A stretch of 64,000 nucleotides of DNA from Pristiophorus japonicus (lineage: Eukaryota). The stretch lies in contig NW_027251843.1 in the NCBI RefSeq assembly GCF_044704955.1, positions 62,001-126,000 on the forward strand, given 5' to 3'. Numbering within the stretch: position 1 is the first letter of the stretch; each line of letters starts with the position of its first letter. A program made the position numbers and the translations under genes. Positions 1-13,058 of the stretch are shown here, in pieces. The notes beneath the pieces are model-generated. The model was not told the origin of the DNA. It saw nothing but the letters and a program-made list of their open reading frames with translations, and ran no database searches.

Positions 1-2149
1 TATAAAATCTTGAAATTCTGCACTGGTGAAGCACGGACCATTATCACTGACCAATATGTCAGGAATGCCGTGCATTGCAAACATGGTTCTGAGGCTCTCC
101 ACAGTGGTGGAGGTGGTGCTCGAGTTTAAAATGGTGCACTCGATCCACTTTGAAAATGCATCGACGACTACGAGGAACATTTTGCCCATGAATGGGCCCG
201 CATAGTCTCCATGCACCCGCGACCGCGGTTTGGTGGGCCAGGGCCAGGGGCTCAGGGGGGCCTCCCTGGGGGTATTACTGAGTTGGGCACAAATGGTGCA
301 CCGCCGGATGCAGAGCTCCAAGTCCGCGTCAATGCCAGGCCACCAGTCGTGGGATCTGGCTTCAGCCTTCATAAGGATGATCCCCGGGTGCTCGCGGTGG
401 AGCTCCCGGACAAACGCCTCTCTGCCTCGCAAGGACATAACTACTCGGCTGCCCCACATTAGGCAGTCTGCCTGCAGTGATAGTTCATGCATGCGCCTAT
501 GGAAAGGTTTGATCTCCTCGGGGCAGGCATCGCGGGCCTCTGCCCAGTCACCAATTAAAACACATCTTTTTACTAAGGATAACGTGGGTCGCTGGTCGTC
601 CAGGCTCTGATTTGAAGAGCTGTCATGTGCGAACCTGTGGATTCAAAGGCATTGATTGCCATGACCATCTCACAGTCCTGTTCGTCGGCCCCTTCCGTGG
701 TCGCCAGGGGTATCCTGCTAAGCGCATCGGCACAGTTGTCTGTGCCTGGTCTGTGCCTTATTGTGTAGTCGGAAGATGCCAGCATGAGTACCCACCGCTG
801 AATGCGTGCCGAGGCTTTGGCGTTTATTGCCTTGCACTTGGATAGCAGGACGTGAGGGGTTTGTGGTCAGTTTCTAACGCAAACTTGGCCCCGAAAAGGT
901 ATTAGTGCATTTTTTTGACACCGTACACGCACGCGAGCGCCTCCTTCTCAACCATACCGTGCCCGCGCTCTGCCCGTGAAAGTGACCTGGAGGCATAAGC
1001 AATGGATTGTAATTTACCCACTTCATTGACATGCTGTAAAGCGCACCTGACCCTGTACGCTGATGCATCACATGTAAGAACTAACTTTTTACCTGGGTCA
1101 AAAAAGGCTAAAACACTGCTGGAACACAGAAGGTTGCGTGCCTTATTGAAGGCGTGTTCCTGGGCGTCCCCCCAAAACCCATTCCACCCCTTCCTGAGTA
1201 GCACGTGGAGAGGCTCCAGCAGCGTGCTCAAGTTCTGCATAAAGTTCCCAAAGTAATTGAGTATCCCAAGAAAGGCGCGCAGTTCCAAAACATTCCGGGG
1301 CCTGGGTGCCAGATGAATTGCTTCGGTTTTGGATTCTGTTGGGCGGATTCCATCAGCGGCAATCCTTCTGCCCAAAAATTCAACCTCGGGTGCGAGAAAC
1401 AGACACTTGGATTTCTTAACTCTTAGGCCTACCCGATCCGATCGACTTAGTACTTCCTCCAAATTGCGGACATGGGAGTCGGTGTCCCTGCCCGTGATAA
1501 GTATGTCGTCTTGAAACACAACCGTCCCCGGGATGGACTTGAGCAGACTCACCATGTTGCTCTGGAATATAGCAGCTGCCGACCTGATGCCGAATGGGCA
1601 TCGATTGTACATAAAAAGGCCTTGATGTGTTTTGATGGTGGTGAGTAGCTTAGAATCTTCGATCAGTTCTTGCATCATATATGCAGCTGTGAGATCTAGT
1701 TTCGAGAAAAGCTTTCCTCCAGCCATTGTGGCAAGTAGGTCCTCCACTCTGGGCAGCGGGTATTGGTCCTGTAGGGAGACTTTGTTTATGGTAGACTTGT
1801 AATCCCCACAGATTCGTACGAATCCATCAGGCTTCATGACGGGGACGATGGGACTTGCCCAGTCGCTAAATTCCACGGGTGAGATAATGCCTTCCCGCAG
1901 AAGCCGGTCCAGTTCGTGTACAATCTTTTCCCTCATCACATAAGGCACAGCTCTAGCCTTGTGATGGACCGGTCTAGCATCCTGTGTGATGTAGATTTTA
2001 ACTTTAGCCCCTTTGAAGGTGCCCACACCTGGCTGAAAGAGATGTTCAAAATGACTGAGAACTGTTGAGCAGGAGGTCTGTTCCTCTGACGACATGGCGT
2101 GAACATCATCCCATTTCCAATTTAATTTTGCCAGCCAGCTTCTCCCCAA
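1..2149 (-). pseudogene. pol: Pol (RT-RNase H-integrase) of Gypsy element A, disrupted
   Basis: ORF 902-2149 has WASPIVPVMK, FSKLDL, PFGI, FQDD and LTCDAS. Further disrupted frames encode integrase. Confidence 0.92.
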
Positions 2150-3443
2150 CAGTGCTGGGAGATCTCCGGGAACAATCCACAGGAAAGTTGGTTCACCGTC
2201 CCTTTGTGTGTGACTGAGAGCATGGCGCTGCCAAGGACTGGGATGATTTCTTTGGTATAGGTCCTTAGTTTAGTGTCGATCCTTGTGAGTTTTGGTCTGT
2301 TGCTTTTGTGCGGCCACAGCTGTTCAAAGTGTTGGACGCTCATGAGAAATTGACTAGCTCCCGTGTCCAGTTCCATGTTGACGGGTATCCCGTTGAGTAG
2401 GACCCTCATCATTATTGGAGGCATCTTGTTGTAAGAACAGTGGACATTGATCGTGTTGACCCGCTGTACCCCAGCGACCCGGGCACTGTCCCCACCGTCT
2501 TTTGGTCCGCGTTCCGACCCTTCCGATTCATATACCAGACGAGCTGCTGTTTTTCTGCACATGCGAGCCAGATGCCCTGTATAGTTGCAGTTTCTGCAAA
2601 CAGCATGCTGAAATCGACACCCCCTTGTTGAGTGCCTTCCCCCACATCTCCAGCACAGACCACTTCCATTGTTTCCGAAGGATGAGCTGCGTCTGGCTGA
2701 TCTATTTTGAGCTTCTCTCAGTTTGTAGTTGATTGCTCGCCTTGTGGGTTGATAAGGTGTGCACGGCCGTTCATGTGGCCCTTGATGGCTTCTGGCGCCA
2801 CTGCCTACTGTTGAAGGCCTGTTCTTCTGCCTTTGTCTGTGTGTGGGGGTAGCGGCTTGTTTCACGCTGTGAACCCCTTGTTCCGATGTTTTGTTAGTTG
2901 TCGTACCCGCAGTATAAATCAACCTCATTTCTTCTTCTCCTACCAAGAATGTCTGTGCGACCAGTGCTGCTGCCTCTAGGGTCACGTTCTTGGTCTCTAT
3001 AAGCTTTCGGAATATGCCTGCATGGCCTATTTCTTCAATAAAAAAGTCTCTCAGTACTTCTCTCCTTAGTTCATCGGAGAACTCACATAAACTAGCTAGC
3101 CTCCGAAGTTCCGCCACAAAGGCGGGTATGCTCTGGCCCACACAGCATTTGTAGTTGCAGAACCTGTGTCTGGCTATGTGTAGGCTGCTCGCTGGCTTCA
3201 GGTGGTCTCTTACCAGTGTGCTCAACTCCTCAAATGACTTGCTTGCTGGTTTCTCGGGTGCCAGCAGGTCCTTCATTAAGGCGCATGTTTTCGAGCCACA
3301 GCTAGTCAAGAGATGGGCTCTTCACTTGTCTGCCTTATCGTCGCCCAACCAGTCATTGGTTAAAAGCTTTGCTGGAGCCTTTCTATAAAGTCCTCCCAAT
3401 TGTCTCCAGCATTGTATTTCTCATCTGAGCCGTTGGTAGCCAT
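2122..3443 (-). pseudogene. gag-pro: Gag-protease of Gypsy element A (frameshifted)
   Basis: ORF 2122-3309 has CWRCGGRH..C and CRNCNYTGHLARMC zinc knuckles and the aspartic protease motif MELDTGAS. An upstream ATG at 3443 is in another frame. Confidence 0.88.
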
Positions 3444-3478
3444 TCTGTGGATTCTGTGATCCCATAACTCGTCGCCAC

Positions 3479-3745
3479 TGTAAAGTCTTGACCCTGCAGT
3501 ACAGACTTACATGAGGCACATGCTGAAGTCAAGGTTACTCTGGACCTGCACCTTTATTTCACAGCTCTCGAATGCCACACTTGCCTGAGACCTCCTTTAT
3601 ATACCTGTGTGGAACAGGTATGCAGTGTCTCCTGAAAGTGTACCCCTGGTGGTCAAGTATGCTTGTGGTTACAGGTTATATCTAGTTACAGTCATGTACA
3701 GCATGGTAAGATACAGTTATATACAGTAGTGTGAGATACATGACA
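3479..3745 (-). repeat. 5' LTR of Gypsy element A (267 bp, TG...CA)
   Basis: On the - strand it starts TGTCATG and ends TTTACA. It contains AATAAA and is followed by the PBS at 3477-3468. Confidence 0.85.
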
Positions 3746-5277
3746 TAAACCACCAGTCTCAGCTGGCCGTGCCGTTCCTGCAACAGCACTGTGCTCAGAC
3801 TGTCCCTGCTGGCTGCCATCTCCAGGAAAAACTCTCTCCCCTGATCAATCGATCCTAGGGCCGGTGTGGTCTGCAGCCTTTCTTTGAGTTGTTTAAATGC
3901 TGCCTTGCAACCCTCGTCCCAATCCCACTCCACTCCCTTGTGTAGGAGCTGGAGCAGAGGGGCTGCTGTGGCAGCATAATCCTCAATGAAGTCTCTGCAG
4001 TATCCTGTTAGCCCCAGAAAAGATCTCACTCCCGTTACTGTGTTGGGGGTTGGTAATTCCTGTACTGCCTCCTTTCTAGCCTTGTCAATGGCTCTTTCCC
4101 CAGCACGCACCGTCAGTCCTAGGAATTTGACTTCCTTCTGGCCGATCTGCGCCTTCTTGGGGTTAACTTTAAAACCTGCCTCCCTAAGTAGCTCCAGCAG
4201 CTCAGCCAGCAGTGGGCCAAACTCCTCACCCTCACCGGTGAATAGGAGCAGGTCGTCCACATACTAGACCAGCTGCCGGGGTCTGCTAAAACCCTTCAAG
4301 CAGTTAGCCATGCATTGATGAAAAATGCTGGGGCTGTTATGAAAACCCTGGGGCAGGCAGTTCCAAGTGTACTGTTGGCCTTTAAATGTAAAAGCGAACT
4401 TGTACTGGTCCTCCCTTCGCAAGGGAATGGACCAAACCCGTTGGAAACATCCAGCACCGTGAAGGTGGTTGCGGATGCTGGAATACTTCCAATGAGGTCG
4501 GCAACAGCTGCGACCGTGGGTACACAGGTGGGGATATTACGGTTGAGTACCCGGTAATCCACCGTGGCTCTCAGGAATTGTCCGGTTTCTTAACCGGACA
4601 CAGTGGAGAGTTCACATTGGTGGCTATCGGTCTCAATAGCCTCTGTTTAACCAAAGAACTCATGGCCATTTCCATGTCTGCCTCTGCTTCCCTGGGGAAA
4701 TTGTACTGCTTTTGTGGTCGGGTCATGGGGTCCCCACTCACACTGACCTCGACTCTGTTTAATCTCCGACAATCATGTTTGTGAGTGGCAAACGTGACGA
4801 GGTGTACTCGCACAACAGCCTGGTACTCCACTGGTGTGTTACTGACCAGTAGTTCAAGGTTGTAACCCTCCTTTGACTTCATTGTACACAGGGTCCCCTT
4901 TCCCTGTTTCTCTGGGATGACTGCTACCTCACTTTCTTTACTGTTACAGGCTGCCCCCCACAGACAATGGTTTCTTAAATCCACGAGAACCCGGTGACCT
5001 ATAATAAAGTAGGCACCAGGATTCCTTTTCCCTCCTGCTCCCACTTCATCAGGACACACGTCCACTTAGTGTGCAGTGTCACTAATTGAATGGACAGTGG
5101 GATGGAGAATGAGCCAGCCTGTTCATTGCCCATGAATCCCATTAGGCTGTACGGGGTCCCGTTTGATAGAGGTGAGGCTGTGGGGTCATCTGCATAGACT
5201 GTGGTGCATGATGCTCCAGTGTCCAGCAAATAAGTCCCCTTTACTCTCTCCACCTCCATCTCGACATACGATTGCAT
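3746..5277 (-). pseudogene. pol: Protease-RT-RNase H (tether) of element B, disrupted
   Basis: LLDTGA, RPQKQYNFP, YVDD, VRSFLGLTGYCRDFI, LLQERHGQLRLVVY. Interrupted at 3745 by element A. Confidence 0.88.
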
Positions 5278-5320
5278 CGTACACTAGGGGACACAGGTAG
5301 ACAGGCTGTGCTGGTTTTCG

Positions 5321-7100
5321 TCATAAATCTGGGTGAGATGGGGCAGATGGTATCACTGCACCGGTGGCTGTGGCTACCTTCCCCGGACCCATTAGTGCGG
5401 TTCGGAGTACAGCCATCACGGTCTCAAATGTTTGGGTAGAGACCGACGGCTCGGTCTTTTGGGCTGGGACTGTGGGATTCTTTCCTACCCTGTCCTTCCA
5501 GGGATTCCAACAGTCCTTCCTCCAATGCCCATTCTTCCCACACCCAAAGCAGTTACACTTGGTTTCGGAAGGGTTACCCCCTTCCTGGTGCCACTCTTTC
5601 TTTCCCTGACTGGGTTTTAACTCATGTACCTTTCCCTTGGGTGGGTGCTCTTCCCCCCTGCAGTTCCGATATGCCATGGTCAGTTGCCTGATCACTGTTT
5701 CCTCGGTGGCGTGGGGTCCCTCGGGTCAAACCAAAGCTCTGCTCTGGCTTTGATCCGGGCCAGGCTATTCGCCACTATGCTCCGGAGCCATTGTGCCCGT
5801 TCGCCCGGTGTAAGGTTTGCCCGGTCGAGAGCCATACTGCAGGCTCGCTGATACACAGGCCACAGCCTGTCAGCGAAAGCCTGAGGGGTATCTCCCACAA
5901 GCTGCACTGTCCTCTCCACTCTGGAGAAGGGACTTCCCTCATTTAGACCCATGGTCTCCAGAACTTCATCCCGGACATCATCATATGTACCCCTGCCCTT
6001 TCTGCACGCCGCCAAAAGGGACTGGTACAGCTTGCTGTCCAGGGAGAAAAGGAGCAGTTTTACCTGCTCTGAGTCATCACATCCGCTAATCTCGGCTGCC
6101 TGTTCCACTTCCATGAAGCGGACGGAGGGGCCTCCCTTATGTGTAAGCTTACTCAGGTGGCTTACCATAGCCCTCAACTGTTGGGTAGTGTGGGGAACCA
6201 CGAATTGGCTCTCAAGAACCCCCGGTGCTCCACCCACAGGCGCGCTGAACTTTTGCTGCCGGACCGGACACATTGGTCCAGGCTTTCAGTTCTGGCTCAC
6301 CCTTCTCTCCCTGCTGCCAAACTGAGTTAAACCCCGGCACCACAGGTGGTGGTGGTCCGTACTCCCTGCCTGCCTGAGCAATTGTCCCTTGTCCCTCCTT
6401 CCTGCTGCCCAACCGAGTTGTTCCCCGGCGCCACAGGGGGTGACTGAACAGTTTTCTCCTCCTCTTCCAGGTCTGCCCGGGTCGTACCCGGACTTATGAG
6501 GCACACCATGCCTCTTGCCCTGGACAGAGCGCGGTTTAAACTTTCAATTTGCTGCTGGCAGGGGCTGTGATCTCCCAACTCAAACCCCTTAGTGCTGGTT
6601 ACTCTGTAGGCTGCCTGGATGTCTTTGACGCTCTCCTCCTGCTCTTTCATTTGTCTATTAAGGCGAGTGTTCTCTTCTTGCAGTATCAATTCATTTTTCT
6701 TAGCCTCGGTGACCTGACACTGCACATAATCCAACCTATTCCTGAACTTCTTCCCTGTGTAAAGCCTTTCCTCGTTGTGCTCATGTAACTCTCTCATTAA
6801 CCTTTCCCCTATGATTGTTTGTGCACTAGACTGTTCCTCTGCCTCTTTCAGTTCAGCCATTAGTTTCTCTACTGTGGAATCTAAGAGTTGGACCTGTTTA
6901 TGCAGACATACTAGCCAAATTGCCTTTTCCACTGCCTTTTTGTGAGTTTTTCCCTCTGTCCACTGGACTGCAGCGTCCCCTGGATGCTCAGCACGCAACA
7001 GATCGCGTACTCACTTCTTTGTTACATTCACTCTTTTGACCACATAGGAAGCAATCCTCTCTTCTATTTTACTTCTTTTCTCACAACCAAAGTCTGTCTC
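5321..7100 (-). pseudogene. gag: Gag of element B (frameshifted; single CCHC knuckle)
   Basis: Three consecutive ORF fragments end in CX2CX4HX4C, directly upstream of the protease. Confidence 0.8.
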
Positions 7101-7121
7101 CTCACATCACTTTTGCCACAT

Positions 7122-7138
7122 TCCCTTCGTGGTCGCCA
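7122..7138 (-). promoter_or_regulatory. Primer-binding site complementary to the tRNA-Arg(UCG) 3' end
   Basis: The + strand reads TCCCTTCGTGGTCGCCA, matching the vertebrate tRNA-Arg-TCG 3' end plus CCA as recalled. It abuts the LTR-like sequence starting at ~7140. Confidence 0.75.
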
Positions 7139-7139
7139 T

Positions 7140-7800
7140 TATGGCTGGTGTTTTGGTCAGGTTTCTCTGACTCCTTGTTGTTTTCGAGGCACCCTACACC
7201 CTGGATTCTAGACTGTGGACTGATTTGGGGGTTGTGAGAAACTGAGACAGAGTTGGGTAAGATGCAAAACTGGTTTTATTGTGTTCAAACAGAGTAAAAG
7301 GCACGTTTTTAATAATCACAGTAATCAGGTACAAATAGGGAGAAATGGCAACTCAAATGATCTATATTTGGGAAGAACACATAACACATATAACAGATTA
7401 AAAGAACACAGTCCTCTCACCTCCCAAAATACTTATGCACTAACCCTGGAAGGGGAAAACACACACGAACATCAACAGGTAGGAACAGTAAGAAAAACCC
7501 AACCTCCCAGACCCACTATCTAGCTAGGTTAGAACTCTGGGGTTTCAGGGACCATGCTCACCAATTCCCTTTTGACAGTTCCCACTCCGGGGTTCGCCTC
7601 AGTTGTCCTGATCCTGTTCCAAACTCCAGGGTTTGCCTTAGTTGTCCTGATCCTGTTCCAAACTCCAGGGTTTGCCTTAGTTGTCCGGGTTCGGTAGTCT
7701 GTACCCCGGACCTCATTGGGGATTTCAACCTACGGTTTCCATGAGGTTGGCTCCCTTTTGCCTTTTTCCTTTTACAACTTAGATCTCCACTTGAAAAATC
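7140..7800 (-). repeat. Truncated 5' LTR of element B, with an internal 39-bp tandem repeat (7584-7686)
   Basis: Shares blocks with solo LTR 11559-13017 (TTTATTGTGTT..GTAAAAGGCAC; GTTCAGGG.CCATGCTCACCAAT). The 39-bp unit ACTCCAGGGTTTGCCTTAGTTGTCCTGATCCTGTTCCAA occurs ~2.6 times. Confidence 0.7.
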
Positions 7801-7869
7801 CAAAGCTCATTTTTAACAGTGCAAGAGGAGCTTTTCTTTACTTTTCAGGGAGAGGGACTCATGGGAATT

Positions 7870-10359
7870 TTTGGGAACCCTTCAATGATGAATCCGAAAA
7901 GGAGTTATGATTTAGAAGGATTAGTCGATAATATTCTGGCCCAGTATCAAGGTATGTACGGCAGAATATGGATGCGTTTGCAATTCACAAGCACGATTGC
8001 GGGAGAGTATCTAGGGTAGAGGTGAAGATAGATGGGGATTCGATGACACGACCCCAGAAACAGTATAATTTTCCCCGGGAAGTAGAAAGGGATTTGGAAA
8101 CTGCTATAAATTCCCTGGTGGATCAAGGTGTGTTGAGGACCACAGCCACACATGTAAACTCACCCCTATGGCCAGTAAAGAAGCCCGATAACTCATGGAG
8201 GGCCACGGTAGATGACCGAATCCTGAATAAAAATATTCCAGCCTGTGCGCCCACGGTAGCAGTGGTAGCGGATTTGATCGGGAGTATCCCTGCGGCCACA
8301 ACAACTTTCACAGTGCTGGACATTTCAAATGGGTTTTGGTCCATTCCCCTGAGACGGGAGGACCAGTATAAATCTACCTTTACCTTTAAAGGTCAGCAGT
8401 ATACGTGGACATGTCTTCCACAAGGGTTTCACAACAGTCCCTCGATCTTCCACCAAAGTATGGCCGAGGCATTAAACAGTTTTAGTCAGCCAGATCGGTT
8501 GGTCCAATATGTGGACGACCTGTTGTTATTCTCCGAAAGTGCGGAGGACCACGGGCCATTATTGAGTGAATTACTGCATTTGTTGAAAGAAGCAGGTTTT
8601 AAAGTAAATCCCCAGAAAGCTCAAATAGGCAAAGAGGAGGTGCAGTTTCCAGGTTTGACCATTGGGGCAGGAGAAAGGGCCATAGATGGAGCTAAGAGAA
8701 AGACAGTCCAGGAACTACCTGTTCCTAAGGACGTGTCTGGAGTAAGGTCTTTCCTGGGAATAACGGGTTACTGCAGGGAATTCATAGAGGGATATATAAC
8801 CATGGCAGCTCCTTTGTTGAGGCTTCTTAGGAAAGGAGTAGAGTGGGAATGGAGTGAGAGTTGTCAGGAAACTTTCATTTGGTTAAAAGCGGTGTTACAG
8901 ACAGCACCAGCATCGGGAGCAGTAAATGGGGACCAGGACTTTAGTCTGGAGGTAGCAGCGACTGGGGACAGTTTGAGTGCAGTGTTACTCCAGGAGCGAC
9001 ACAGCAAGCTGAGACCGGTGGCCTACGTCTCCCGAGTTCTCACCGAAGTAGAAAAGAGTTTTTTCAAATTGCAAACGACATCTATTTGCAACTTTTTGAG
9101 CAGTAAAGCATTTTCGGTCGCTCACAGGGTTAGCTACAGTAACTTTACTGACCTGTCACACCACGACACAATTGTTACTGGATGGTAGAATGAAAGATGG
9201 GACAGTGAGCAGTAACAGGATTGCCCGCTGGACATTGTTGCTGACTCAGTTAGACCTGAAGGTCGAGAGGCCAGGAGAACCAAAGCTAGCCCCGAACTTG
9301 GTTTATCCGGGGGCAGCTCATGTGTGTTCAGTGGAAGGAGTGTGGGATGTAGATGTGAGATTCTGAGCAGGAGAACACCCGACAGGTAGGGACATCTATG
9401 TAGATGGGTCTAGTTCAGTAATAAACAGAGAGAGAAAGACAAGCTGTGGGATTTACAATCCAGAGGCAGTGATAGAGAAAGCCATAAAATCCCCAACACT
9501 TTGAGTATGCAGCAGACCGAGCTAGCAGCGGTAGCGTATGTAGTCACACACCCGAACGAATTCCCAACTCCCTATACGATATGTTCAGACTCCATGTTCA
9601 TTTCTAACTGCTGTACAGAGTATTTAGCCATATTGGCGAGGCGAGGGTTTAAGTCCTCTGACGGAAATCCGTTGGTGTTGACTCCATTGTTAAAAGTCAT
9701 TTTGGACGTCACGGGTTGGGACCAGAAGGATTACTACATCCAAAAGGTCAAAGCACAATCTAAGACAGAGCCCAAGTGGGAAGGGAATGAGAAAGCAGAC
9801 ACACTGGCTAAAACAGGGGCAGGAGAAGGGACACCTTGGGACCCATATCACTGTGGACAGATCACGGCTGTAACAGGCAGAGAGAGGCCCAAAGAAGTCC
9901 CATTGTCGCCTGATTTAAAACAGGCTCAGCTACAGGATGCAGACCTTAGAGCAGCGATTAGGGACAAGATAGATGGGAAGCATGTTGCGGGACCTTTGGG
10001 AGCTGCAGACATAGAAGTAAAGCAAGGAATGTTGTTCAAGGGAGATAGTTGGATCGTGCCAGGACAGTGCAGGGAAGAATTCTTGCAGCTGGTGCATGTG
10101 GGTCCAGGAGCTGGACATCCAGGGCCAGAAACAATGTGGAATAAAGTAGAAGCTGTGGGATGGTGGCCCGGGCTTAGAAGTGATGTCAGGGATTATTGCC
10201 AGAATTGTCTGGTATGTGCCACAAACAATCCACACCCCCACCGAGGAAGGCTCCGTTGGGACACACGAGGAGTGTAGAGGGGTCATGGCAGTCTATACAG
10301 ATAGATTTCATTGGGCCACTGTCCACCTCAGGCAGATGCAATAAATATTCCTTGGTGTT
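7870..10359 (+). pseudogene. pol: Pol of retrovirus-like element C: RT, degenerate RNase H tether, second RNase HI, integrase N-terminus
   Basis: RT with QYVDD (7968-9188). RNase HI motifs IYVDGS (~9395), QQTELAA, ICSDS, KVKAQ and GNEKAD. Integrase H..GHPG...WWPGL...CQNCLVC and QIDFIGPL. Interrupted by element D at 10360. Confidence 0.92.
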
Positions 10360-10554
10360 TGTTATTATTAATGCTTGGAGGTCACCAGACACCAGAGGGC
10401 GCCGCGGTCAGAGTTGTACACATGTGGCAGGTATGCTTGGTCACCTGTATATAAGCTGTGTGTCTTTGTCACGCAGGCACTCTTGGGCTGGAATAAAGAC
10501 GGATCAGGTTGCACCTGAATGAGTTTACAGTAACCAGACTCTTGAGTCATTACA
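10360..10554 (+). repeat. 5' LTR of Gypsy element D (195 bp)
   Basis: TG...CA ends, internal TATA and AATAAA, PBS 2 nt downstream. Confidence 0.85.
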
Positions 10555-11558
10555 ATTGGCGACGAGGTAATTTAAGAACCTTCGCATGCACAATGGGCAC
10601 TGTTGGAATTTCGGAGAGATTTGTGGAGGGCGAGGAGTGGGCAGATTTTGGCGACCGCCTGGATCAGTATTTTGTGGCCAACCGCATGGAGGCAGAGGCC
10701 TCCACAGTTAAGCACAGGGCAGTTCTCCTCACCCTTTGTGGTCCGAAAATCTTCTCTCATGAAGAATCTTCTCTCGCCTGTACGTCAGGCGGAAAAAGGG
10801 TACGAGGAATTGTGTACGTTGGTGGGTGACCATCTGAAGCCAAAAGAGGGGATCATCATATCACGCTACCGTTTGTACACGCATGTTCGTGTTGAGGGCC
10901 AGGTCGTGTCGGGATTTGTCGCCAACCTGCGATGTCTTGCTGAGCCGTGTAAGTTTGGGAACTTGCTGGAAGACATGCTGCATGATGTCTTCATGATAGT
11001 TATCTGCCATGATGTGATCCTCAGGAAGCTGTTAGCTGCAGAGACGCTGGATTTGAAAAAGGCCATCGCGACTGCCCAGGCATGCATGACAACGGATGAT
11101 AATCTGAGGCAGATATCATCGAAGAGTGGGAGTTCCACGGCAAGTACTGTAAACAAGATGGCGTCGCCTTTGGGCAGAGCTGCTTACGCAAAATGTGCTG
11201 CTGCTCAGAGACCGGCAACAGGTTCGAACCAGATTTTACCCTGTTGGCGTTGTGGGGGCAATCATTGGCCTCATCAGTGTCGGTTTAGACAATACTGATG
11301 CAATGGATGTTCGAAAGTGGGGCATTTTCACAGGATGTGTCCACAACGGTGCAAGCGTGGTGCGGCTCACTACGTGGTTGATGAGGACCAGTTCAGTGAT
11401 GGCCCGGATACACAACCTGATGTGGAAGTGAATGGACTGTATTCTGTGCAAGAGATAGATGATAGTCATTAACGTGAAGCTGAATAGCATGCCTGTATCA
11501 ATGGAGCTGGACACGGGTGTGAGCCAGTCGATAATGAGCCAATGGACATTCGACAAGC

Positions 11559-13017
11559 TGTAAGGGGTGGTTTGCAGGGGGTCAGCTATCCCTTCTGACC
11601 TTATATGAGCGGTTCCGAATCGCTCCCACACCCTTGGTTCTCGACACTGGAATTATGAAGGGACTGTGACAGACTTGGACAGACAATCGGTTTCAAGGTA
11701 GGAAGCAGGTATGACTTTATTGTGTTGAAAAAAGAAGTAAAAGGCACACCTTTAATAACACACACAGACCAATACACACTGAAGGGTACAACACATTGAA
11801 TAAAATGTCAAATTACAGCCTGTGGGGAAAAGAATACAGCTTAAACTCTAAATGGGGTAAAGAGGAGAACGCAGATACATTTACACAAGTTATCCCAGCC
11901 TCCCCACTCCCAATTCCCCTAACTAACTAAGTTATAGCTCTGAGGGTTCAGGGGCCATGCTCACCAATCCCTTTAGACAGTTGCTGGTGAATCGCGGTTT
12001 CGGGGTTCGCTACACTTGGCCTTCTAGGCGAGCCGTACCCCGGACGGAGGAGAGGACTTCGGACTGCGTAGTCTTCAGTTGGGGTGCATCCGTTGATGCG
12101 GTAAGTTGCGTTTTGGATGTATGGGGTAAGTACCCACTTTCTTTGGTTAGGAATAGTTTTAGTTAGTCCCTTTTGGTAATTTCTCCCCCGTTGGGTCGTT
12201 CAGAAGTAGATTGTAGAGCGGTTGTCAATTTGCTTGCTGACAACCTTCCGTTTCGTGGGCCTCGTGCTCGGTCAGTTCCTGATCAGTTCTGGTAGTTTCC
12301 TTCACTATTCCATTTCTTCACTGTAGAGCAAGCAGGCTGCTTGTTTGTGTTTGTGTTCCAGTCTGTGCGAGTTCCAGTCTGTGTTCTGCTTCTCTCCTGT
12401 GTTCTGCTAGTTTCTGTGTTCTGCTAGACTTTCTTTGTAAAACTGGGGGATAAATATATACCCCAAAAAAAGGCTCCGTTATCTCCCATCAAATCTCTTG
12501 GGCTCTGTTTAAACTGTTCTGTCCATTGATTTTCAAATGTCTCCTTTATCAGCAGTAACTCGATTAGGGTGTGAGAATGTGCTATCACTGGTTTTGCATT
12601 GTTTTAGGATTGTCCAGTTTCTTGACCATGATTTCCATTGTGCTTGATTGGGTAATTCGATTATCTCTTAGAGGGTGAACAGCCTGGGGTCCTTAATGCA
12701 CGAATTTGGCCCCACCTCCTGTATTTGGTAACTCTTTCTCGCAGCCAAAATGTTGTAGAATATTAAAATTGATATGCTCCTTCCCATAGATGTTTAGGGG
12801 ATCTCAAGCTTCTGTAATTTAGGTTCATTTTGAATTCCCTTTCCTATGAGTCCAAACACTGGGTGGGGTGGGGGGGGTCTGCATGAATGCATTCCCTTTT
12901 ATCCCCCGCAGGTTCCGTCTGCCCCTTTAAACTCATTTTAAAAGCCCAGAAAGGGATTCTTCTCCTCTGTAGGGGAAAGGTACCTGGAATCTTTGCGAGA
13001 TTTTGGTAAATTCTACA
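11559..13017 (-). mobile_element. Solo LTR (1459 bp), related to the LTR of element B
   Basis: TG...CA ends with a perfect 4-bp TSD AAGC (11555-58 and 13018-21). The protease reading of D resumes across it. Confidence 0.88.
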
Positions 13018-13058
13018 AAGCTGTGGGACACTAAGGCTATGAAACCGAAGCTGAGTCT

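Larger units (their letters stand above)
1..3745 (-). mobile_element. Ty3/Gypsy LTR retrotransposon A (decayed; 3' end lies outside the window), inserted into the RNase H region of element B
   Basis: 5' LTR 3479-3745, PBS TGGCGACGAG, gag with CCHC knuckles, protease (MELDTGAS), RT (FQDD), RNase H (LTCDAS). Integrase HHCC and core motifs lie at 1-570 (HPGI..WWPGID..CxxC, DYAGPF, SDNG). Confidence 0.92.
3746..7800 (-). mobile_element. Retrovirus-like LTR element B (truncated LTR-PBS-gag-pro-RT-first RNase H)
   Basis: Gag fragments: 6327-6998 (coiled-coil-like), 5692-6273 and 5321-5695 (CFGCGKNGHWRKDC). Protease YLLDTGAS at 4999-5277. RT pieces at 3746-5065 include NSPL.PVKK, LDVSNGF and YVDD. 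Confidence 0.88.

Noticed and set aside
3682-3745. Hydrophobic C-terminal tail of the RT ORF of element B
   Set aside because: It reads into the LTR of inserted element A.
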